Source of the DNA: a virus
IMG/VR virus record: IMGVR_UViG_3300004807_000021
Span: 1 to 64,000 of that record
Length of the DNA stretch: 64,000 bases
Direction: 5' to 3' (one strand)
Shown in pieces: positions 57,901 through 64,000 of this stretch. The translations under genes were made by a program, and so were the position numbers. Numbering within the stretch: the stretch's first letter is position 1; every line of letters starts with the position of its first letter. A model generated the notes under the pieces. It saw only the letters and a list, made by a program, of their open reading frames with translations. It had not been told where the DNA came from and ran no database searches.

Positions 57901-60900
57901 CCAAAGTTTGAACCAAGAAAATATCTTGATACAACACTGATTTCTCCACAAAATGTAATACAAGGTCATGATGGCAGTATTGTCTTGGCTTACAATGACT
58001 ACCGAGATGATATACTATTAGAATTAGAAAAAAGAATTTTTAATAACATTAAAGTTGAATACGATCCAACAATCTTTGATCTTACAGATATTATTCCTAG
58101 TTACAATAGAGATACACCTTATTCTAAAAAAGAATTTGATAGTGTGTTATCTACTAATTTTTATAGTTGGATTGGGTTAGTCGGTAAGGATTTATCAACT
58201 CCATTGAATTACGATAGAACAAATAGTTTTACTTATAATTACTCGCTAAACTCTGCTCCCAACGGTACTTCTTTACCAGGCTACTGGAGAGGTGTGTATA
58301 AATGGTTGTTGGACACAGATAGACCTCATTTGTGCCCTTGGGAAATGCTAGGATTTTCAGTAAGACCGACTTGGTGGACAAAGTTATATGGAGACGCTCC
58401 TTATACTAGCGATAACATTCCTATGTGGACTGATATTGCAAACGGCGTAATAAAAGCACCGGGAGTTCCAGCAACTGTAAATGCAAAATATGTAAAACCA
58501 TTTTTAATCAAACACATACCAGTAGATAGCTCTGGAAACTTAATTAGTCCACAGGCTTCCGGTTTAGCATCGGGCCTTGTGCAACCAAACATTGATAATA
58601 ATTTTGTGTTTGGAGACGTGAGTCCTGTAGAAAATGCTTGGACCCGTAGTAGTTATTATCCTTTTAGTGTAATTTCAACTGCAATATTACTTAATCCTGC
58701 AAAAACTTTTGGATTGATATTAGACAGACATAATATTATTCGAAATCTAGCCAATCAATTGATTTATAAGCCAACTGGATTACGTATCAAACCAGCAGAT
58801 ATTATTTTACCATCAATTTATTCTAGTATTACTCGTGTACAAACAGCCGGCCTCGTTAACTATGTTGTAGATTTAATTTTTAATTATATTTTTAGTAATG
58901 ACATAGCAGGGTATAATAGCTATTTGTTTGATTTGCAAAACATGACTCCTCGACTTGGATATCGTGTAGGAGCATTTACAAATCAGGCTCAATTTAATAT
59001 ATTATTAGAATCTAAAACTCCTAGTAGTACTGGTAACGTGTTTATACCAGTAGAAAATTATAAAGTTTTTCTTAATAAATCATCAACTGTAAAAAAATTA
59101 GTTTATAGTGGAGTTATTATTACCAAACTATCTACTGGTTTTGAAATTAAAGGATATAGTTTAACACAACCTTACTTTAATTATTATCAATATAATGGTT
59201 CAGGAGCCACCATAAATGTAGGCGGAATCAGCGAAAGTTATGCAGAGTGGACTGTTGGTCAACAATACATTGCAGGTACCGTAATATTATACAATGGAAA
59301 GTACTACAGAGCATTAGCTAATTTCACAGCATTAAGTACATTTAATTCTCAAGTACTAGCATCATTACCTTCATTGCCTATGACTGGAGGAGCTACAGCA
59401 ACTTTGCGCAATTCATGGGATAAAGAAACAACTACAGTTGCTCCTTATGGTACATTATTTGCCACCGTGCAACAAGTAGTAGACTTTTTGTTAGGCTACG
59501 GTGAGTGGTTAAAAGATCAGGGATTTGTATTTGATAATTTTAATAACAACTTAGGCACTGTGTCTAACTGGGAAACAAGTGCAAGAGAATTTATGTTCTG
59601 GACTACACAAAACTGGAGTACAGGACACGACAAGTGGGAAGACTGGGAACCAAATAAATCTTACAAATACGCAACTATTGTTCGATATGACGGTGATTAT
59701 TATAGTGCTTTACAAAATATCCCATTAACTAACGAATTTGAATTCACAAAATGGAATTTATTATCGGGCCTCAACGTAGAAGGCGCAAGTGTAATTAGTT
59801 TAAGCCCTAGTGCAAATACTATTAATTTTAATACAGTATTATCTGTAGTGGACAGTATTACTAACGGTTTTAATTCATACGAGATTGTTAAAGTTAATGG
59901 AACACCGTTTGATGTACAAAATCTTGATAGTTATAGACAAGAAAATACTGTAAGTTATACTCCAAGAAACAGTGACGGCATCTATGGTGCAAGTTTTTAT
60001 CTAGTACAAAATGAACACGTAATTGTTATAGATAATAAAACAATTTTTAATGATGTCATTTATAGTCCAACAACTGGTTACAGACAAGAAAGATTAAAAA
60101 TATCAGGCTACACCACAACCGATTGGTATGGTGGTCTTGATATCCCAGGATTTATTTTTGATAGTGCTGTTGTAAAAGAATGGCAACCTTGGCAAGATTA
60201 TAATATTGGGGATATTGTAAACCATCACAGTTATTATTATTCTGCAAATGCGTTCATAGCTGGATCCGCTGTTTTCAATTCTTCAAATTGGAAAAAATTA
60301 GATAAAAAACCAACACCGGCTATTATTCCTAACTGGACTAATATTGCTACACAGTTTACAGATTTTTATAGCCTAGAAGTTGATAGTTTCGATGCTCCTC
60401 AACAACAAATGGCTCAGCACTTAATAGGATATCAAAAACGTCAATACTTGAATAATATTATTCAAGACGATGTTAGTGAATTCAAATTTTATCAAGGCAT
60501 GATCCGAGACAAAGGTACTCAGAATGTTCTTAATAAATTGTTTGGTGTCTTAAATTCTGAAAATAAAGAAAGTCTAACTTTTTATGAAGAGTGGGCTATT
60601 CGAGTATCGCAATACGGTGCTAGTAAAGCATTTGAGGATATTGAATTTGTATTAGATCAGGCAAAATACAATATTAATAATCCTCAAGGAACAGTACTGA
60701 TAAAACGAGTTGATCCTACAATAAATCCATTTATTATTCAACTTACTCCTAATGACATTTACGTCAAGCCTCACGGATATAATTCAAGACCTTTCTTAGA
60801 ATTAAAGACAACAGTAGATTCTGAAAACGGTCCAGTTGCTATTAATCAGTTTTTAAGAAGTGCAGGTTACGTTGATAATACAGATGTATTTGTATCTATT

Positions 60901-63900
60901 GGCCAGTTAAAAGATCTAACAGGGCAGTCGGCATCTTCAATTGTTGTTGGATTAAGTTATAAAATTTCAACAGTTGGTACAACCGATTTTACACAAATAG
61001 GTGCTAGTGCTAGTACAGTTGGCACTACATTTGTTGCTACTGGAACTGGAACTGGAACTGGAACAGTGGTTTTAGATATTTCACAAATAAATGAAGGTGC
61101 ATATTTCTGGTGTGCATTTGATGGTGCAAATAGTTGGAACGTTTATAGATTTACAGATATAAATTTGAATGTAACAAATGTAACTTACAACAAAACCACG
61201 CATACTCTTACACTAACAACACAATATGAGACATCATTGAAGGTTGGGACTTATATAGGCATAGGACAGTCTGAATCTATTCAGGGCTTTTATAAAATTG
61301 ACAGTATTACATTAAACAACATTAATATTATAGCCCCTGGATTATCGGTACCTTCGCCTTTTACTGATTTAGATAATTTAACAGTCTATACATTGTTATC
61401 TCAACGTACTGGGTATATTGATACTATAGATAATATTCTTCCTGCTAGATTAGAAGATGGCAATATTGTATGGACTGATTATGCTAGTTCTGATATCAAT
61501 AGCGGTTGGGCAACTTGGAAATATAAAAAAGTTTATCAATCTACTACGAAAAATTCACCTGTAGTTGGTGCCGGAATAAATTTTGCTCAGTTTATTGCTG
61601 TAAGTAAAAACGGAAATACAGCCGCGGTGTCTGTTGGAACATCGCAAATTGCCACTTATGACAAAGTGTCAACAGCAGTTCCTTGGACACAGCGACAGTT
61701 AATACAACCGCCATTCAACAGTGTAGGTTCACCAGCATCAGCAACCGTAATTAGTACCGCGGCAGTTAGTCCTGATGGAACATGGTTGGCTACTGGAAGT
61801 CCTACATCGGGTTCTTCTAGCACATACTATATTGGAGTATATTCTCCTGCAACTGTATATGCTGTTAACACTATCGTGTCTTACAACAGTATACTTTATC
61901 AAGCATTGTTCCCAGTGCCTGCCGGAAATACACCAAATCAAAACAGTGTTTTCTGGAATCAAATTTTTTACACACCTATATCTGATACATCCACTTACAA
62001 TACTGGAGTAACAGCAAATGGTATGATAACGCTGTATCAAAAAGATGCAAACAATATCTATCAGATAGTTGATTCTATTCTAAGTCCAGTTATTTCAAAT
62101 GAAAAATTTGGATCTGCTATTGTATTTGATTCAAGCAATATGTATGTAAGTGCTCCTGCCTATAACAATAACACTGGAAGAGTTTATCAATTTTCGTATA
62201 CAACTACCCCGCAAGTAACGTCAATTTACGACGAAGTTAATAGTACAGGCACTGTATTAAAATTACAATCTACTGCTGGAATATCTGCTGGAATGATAAT
62301 TTCTGGTAATGATATCTTTGGAAATTCTGCTTTTAATTCCGATCAAGTAGTTGAATATGTTCTTACAAGATTATTGTTTTCACCAGCTATAGACACAACT
62401 GGGAAAGAAGTAATTAATACTGTTTATAATACTAGTTCAACACAAATAAATGTTTCTAGTATCCTATCAGGCGCTACTGTTTCTCTATATAATAGTTCAT
62501 ATGCTTACAGTATTCCAAACTTAACAGTATCGTCAACAGGATTGACGTCAATTAACCAGTTGGTCACTACACATACGTTGTCTAGCGGTGGCGTTACTGG
62601 CACAAATACATTTATTTTAACAACAACTGTATCTGACATAGCTGTTGGATATCTCATTGTTGGTTATGGATTACCGCCAAGCAGTTATGTTGGCGCAATA
62701 TCAAGTGTCGGTGCGCCCGCCAAAACACAAATTACTGTAGTAGATTCGCAAGGTGCATCTAGGGCTATACAAAATTTTATAGCAACAGGTACTGGAACGT
62801 ATGCTTTTTATAAAATTATAAATTACAATTTTGTTGAAATAAAAGGTCAAAAAGATCTTGTAACTAATTCATCGACCTTACCAATTACTCGAGTAACATT
62901 TGGTAGTACAAGTTTTCCTAACGGAGATCCTACTTTAACCTTTAATATAAGTTCTACATACGTTCAGAGTAGTAAAGCTGTAATTTTATCATCTGCACCT
63001 GATTTAACTCCAAATGGAAGTTTAACATTCTCATCAGTTGGATGGTCATATACTCGATCATTTGCTGGCGATACAGTTAATAGTTATTTTGGATCTCAGT
63101 TAGCATTGAGTCGAGATGGTAGCACATTAGCAGTGTCAGCAATAGGCGGTTCTGTAGGAAAAGTTTATGTGTATCAAGCAGGAGTCTTAATACAGACCTT
63201 GACAGGATTTTTACCAACATTCGGTCAAGGAATTACAGTATCAGATGATGGAACATATATTGCTGTAAGCGATAACACCACTGGAGTTTCTAATATAAAT
63301 CAACGAGGCAGTGTTGGTGTTTATCAACTGTCATCAAACAACACGTATCAATTAGTTTCAAACCTAGTACCGCACACTCCTGAAACAAATGGAGAATTTG
63401 GTACTTCGATCTCCTTCATGAATGACTACAAGACACTAGCAGTTTATAGTCGTTATGGATCTAGTACAACAACAACTACTTTTGATAAAACTTCTGTAGC
63501 AACTACTTTTGATAAAAAATCTACCAATTTTATTACCACACAGATTGCCAGCGGACGGGTCGATGTGTATGATAGATATAATGTAAATTGGGTTTACAGT
63601 GAAAGTTTACCTCACACATTTGATTTTACTAGCGGCTATGGCCAAGGATTGTCAGTGGGCGCAAATAATATATTTGTTGGGGCACCACTATTAACAGTTG
63701 GTACAGCAGGAGCTCAGGGACTATTAACAATTTATTCAAAAGATCCAAATGCAGTATCGTGGACTATAGATAAAACACCTGTGCCTATAGCCGATGTATC
63801 AAAAATTAAGAAAGCATTTTTGTATAGCAGATCAACAAATAAATTATTAACTTATATTGATATAATTGATCCTTTACAGGGAAAAATTGCTGGACCTGCT

Positions 63901-64000
63901 GAGGAAGAATTAAAATATAAAACATTTTACGATCCAGCAACATATTCATACAGTAATGGATCTGCATCCGTAACAGTTAATTCTAGCGGATTCTGGTCTA
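54967..64000 (+). CDS. Giant baseplate / virion structural protein (gp7-like position), >3000 aa, 3'-truncated
   Basis: ATG overlaps the gp6 stop (TAATG). Begins MAIPSKRNGFSVNLLPKFYQTDANKKFL. No in-frame stop was seen to the window end, which explains its absence from the ORF track. Has W...Y..G..V.Y repeats and FG-x-x-(I/L) propeller-type repeats near 62-63.7 kb. Confidence 0.8.
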   Translation, partial: MAIPSKRNGFSVNLLPKFYQTDANKKFLQSTVDQLYRPGTLTKTSGYIGRKNAKASTGEDVYVKAADSVRQNYQLEPAITIKDNLDNVVFYKDYIDYINQLSVFGGNTSNHTRLNNQEMYSWDPHIDWDKFVNFQNYYWLPYGPETITVYGHEIPLESSFSVQVQAEGSNNQYIFTPDGLTPNPVLRLYKGQTYTFYIDSIGNPFSIKTLRSTGTTDRYIFPNAIDNYAVESGTITFVVPIDAPSILYYQSETDINLGGTIQIYAASDATSINVESEILGKVNYTLSNGTPLSNGMKLNFKGQVYPTSYATGEYYVEGVGTAIKLIDSNTLEIIGAYTTSINVEFDQTPFDQEPFDTARGYAGNLDYILVNRASKDHNPWSRYNRWFHKDVISTSAMYNGNNPSLDQTLRAKRPIIEFSADLRLFNFGTVATVDVDLVDSFTTTAFATIEGAAGYNIDGVTVQAGMLILFTADTDPLVAGKIFQVEYIDVLHLDTGSNQLHLVEVASPMKDRVVLARQGITNQGSMYWYNGTNWTKAQQKTSANQPPLFDIYDSNGFSYGDSSVYSGSTFKGTALFSYATGSGTNDLVLGFPLQYQNVSNIGDIVFNFNLAIDTFQYKNLNTNSLESKAIDVGFLSSLDYSNNTIYLNGWQLCKTKNLQAAIRIYDNSGLVNNFPVDIYDNINNLTDLEVKIYVNGQRLDKSLWSIVAKNTYYQVVLNKDLAPTDILTIRAFSDQPINSNGFYEIPLNLQNNPLNDDIGNFTLGEVIDHVNSIVDNTASFSGNFPGASNLRDLGNITQYGTKFVQHSGPLSLAVYHITTESNNVVKALTQAKTDYSDFKRLFINTASSLGVHTDPVQFVELIMTKINSNKPKVAPYYFSDMVPYGANVKTDLSVVDYRIKKYPLNNTFNLTTLSNKAVGVYLNNSQLLYGTQYIFDDQGFIEISSSVSLSNGDIITTIEYDSTDGSFVPATPTKLGLWPKFEPRKYLDTTLISPQNVIQGHDGSIVLAYNDYRDDILLELEKRIFNNIKVEYDPTIFDLTDIIPSYNRDTPYSKKEFDSVLSTNFYSWIGLVGKDLSTPLNYDRTNSFTYNYSLNSAPNGTSLPGYWRGVYKWLLDTDRPHLCPWEMLGFSVRPTWWTKLYGDAPYTSDNIPMWTDIANGVIKAPGVPATVNAKYVKPFLIKHIPVDSSGNLISPQASGLASGLVQPNIDNNFVFGDVSPVENAWTRSSYYPFSVISTAILLNPAKTFGLILDRHNIIRNLANQLIYKPTGLRIKPADIILPSIYSSITRVQTAGLVNYVVDLIFNYIFSNDIAGYNSYLFDLQNMTPRLGYRVGAFTNQAQFNILLESKTPSSTGNVFIPVENYKVFLNKSSTVKKLVYSGVIITKLSTGFEIKGYSLTQPYFNYYQYNGSGATINVGGISESYAEWTVGQQYIAGTVILYNGKYYRALANFTALSTFNSQVLASLPSLPMTGGATATLRNSWDKETTTVAPYGTLFATVQQVVDFLLGYGEWLKDQGFVFDNFNNNLGTVSNWETSAREFMFWTTQNWSTGHDKWEDWEPNKSYKYATIVRYDGDYYSALQNIPLTNEFEFTKWNLLSGLNVEGASVISLSPSANTINFNTVLSVVDSITNGFNSYEIVKVNGTPFDVQNLDSYRQENTVSYTPRNSDGIYGASFYLVQNEHVIVIDNKTIFNDVIYSPTTGYRQERLKISGYTTTDWYGGLDIPGFIFDSAVVKEWQPWQDYNIGDIVNHHSYYYSANAFIAGSAVFNSSNWKKLDKKPTPAIIPNWTNIATQFTDFYSLEVDSFDAPQQQMAQHLIGYQKRQYLNNIIQDDVSEFKFYQGMIRDKGTQNVLNKLFGVLNSENKESLTFYEEWAIRVSQYGASKAFEDIEFVLDQAKYNINNPQGTVLIKRVDPTINPFIIQLTPNDIYVKPHGYNSRPFLELKTTVDSENGPVAINQFLRSAGYVDNTDVFVSIGQLKDLTGQSASSIVVGLSYKISTVGTTDFTQIGASASTVGTTFVATGTGTGTGTVVLDISQINEGAYFWCAFDGANSWNVYRFTDINLNVTNVTYNKTTHTLTLTTQYETSLKVGTYIGIGQSESIQGFYKIDSITLNNINIIAPGLSVPSPFTDLDNLTVYTLLSQRTGYIDTIDNILPARLEDGNIVWTDYASSDINSGWATWKYKKVYQSTTKNSPVVGAGINFAQFIAVSKNGNTAAVSVGTSQIATYDKVSTAVPWTQRQLIQPPFNSVGSPASATVISTAAVSPDGTWLATGSPTSGSSSTYYIGVYSPATVYAVNTIVSYNSILYQALFPVPAGNTPNQNSVFWNQIFYTPISDTSTYNTGVTANGMITLYQKDANNIYQIVDSILSPVISNEKFGSAIVFDSSNMYVSAPAYNNNTGRVYQFSYTTTPQVTSIYDEVNSTGTVLKLQSTAGISAGMIISGNDIFGNSAFNSDQVVEYVLTRLLFSPAIDTTGKEVINTVYNTSSTQINVSSILSGATVSLYNSSYAYSIPNLTVSSTGLTSINQLVTTHTLSSGGVTGTNTFILTTTVSDIAVGYLIVGYGLPPSSYVGAISSVGAPAKTQITVVDSQGASRAIQNFIATGTGTYAFYKIINYNFVEIKGQKDLVTNSSTLPITRVTFGSTSFPNGDPTLTFNISSTYVQSSKAVILSSAPDLTPNGSLTFSSVGWSYTRSFAGDTVNSYFGSQLALSRDGSTLAVSAIGGSVGKVYVYQAGVLIQTLTGFLPTFGQGITVSDDGTYIAVSDNTTGVSNINQRGSVGVYQLSSNNTYQLVSNLVPHTPETNGEFGTSISFMNDYKTLAVYSRYGSSTTTTTFDKTSVATTFDKKSTNFITTQIASGRVDVYDRYNVNWVYSESLPHTFDFTSGYGQGLSVGANNIFVGAPLLTVGTAGAQGLLTIYSKDPNAVSWTIDKTPVPIADVSKIKKAFLYSRSTNKLLTYIDIIDPLQGKIAGPAEEELKYKTFYDPATYSYSNGSASVTVNSSGFWS

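Noticed and set aside
1-64000. Alternative genetic code (stop-codon reassignment)
   Set aside because: Conserved genes are full length and coding density is high under the standard code.

Overview
A 64-kb segment of a large, AT-rich, T4-superfamily (probably jumbo) myophage genome in the standard genetic code, almost entirely morphogenesis genes. Positions 1-30.4 kb hold a long array of modular tail-fibre/receptor-binding and virion structural genes, mostly on the minus strand: an Mtd_N fibre, three tandem RCC1 beta-propeller proteins and a beta-helix tailspike-like protein. Positions 30.5-39.8 kb hold the head module (gp23 capsid, scaffold, gp21 protease, acidic core protein, gp20 portal), a tape-measure-like gene and a candidate packaged membrane protein. 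Positions 39.9-45.7 kb hold a gp26-like chaperone, a 430-nt non-coding structured element, a minimal GIY-YIG nuclease, gp46/gp47 and the gp55 late sigma factor. Positions 45.8-64 kb hold the baseplate module (gp53, hub, gp5, gp25, gp6) and a >3000-aa protein that runs off the window. The strongest unexplained signals are: (1) a ~430-nt multi-stem, pseudoknotted minus-strand RNA-like element directly behind a catalytic-domain-only GIY-YIG nuclease; (2) a T_TTT_TTC -1 frameshift site that would fuse gp26 to a start-less downstream ORF, like lambda G/GT; (3) two structured 5' leaders; (4) a bipartite late promoter motif and leaderless late genes; (5) nested in-frame insertion of the same small modules into many unrelated virion proteins. 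All calls come from reading motifs by eye; no searches or folding programs were run. No tRNA, CRISPR array or reverse transcriptase was seen.
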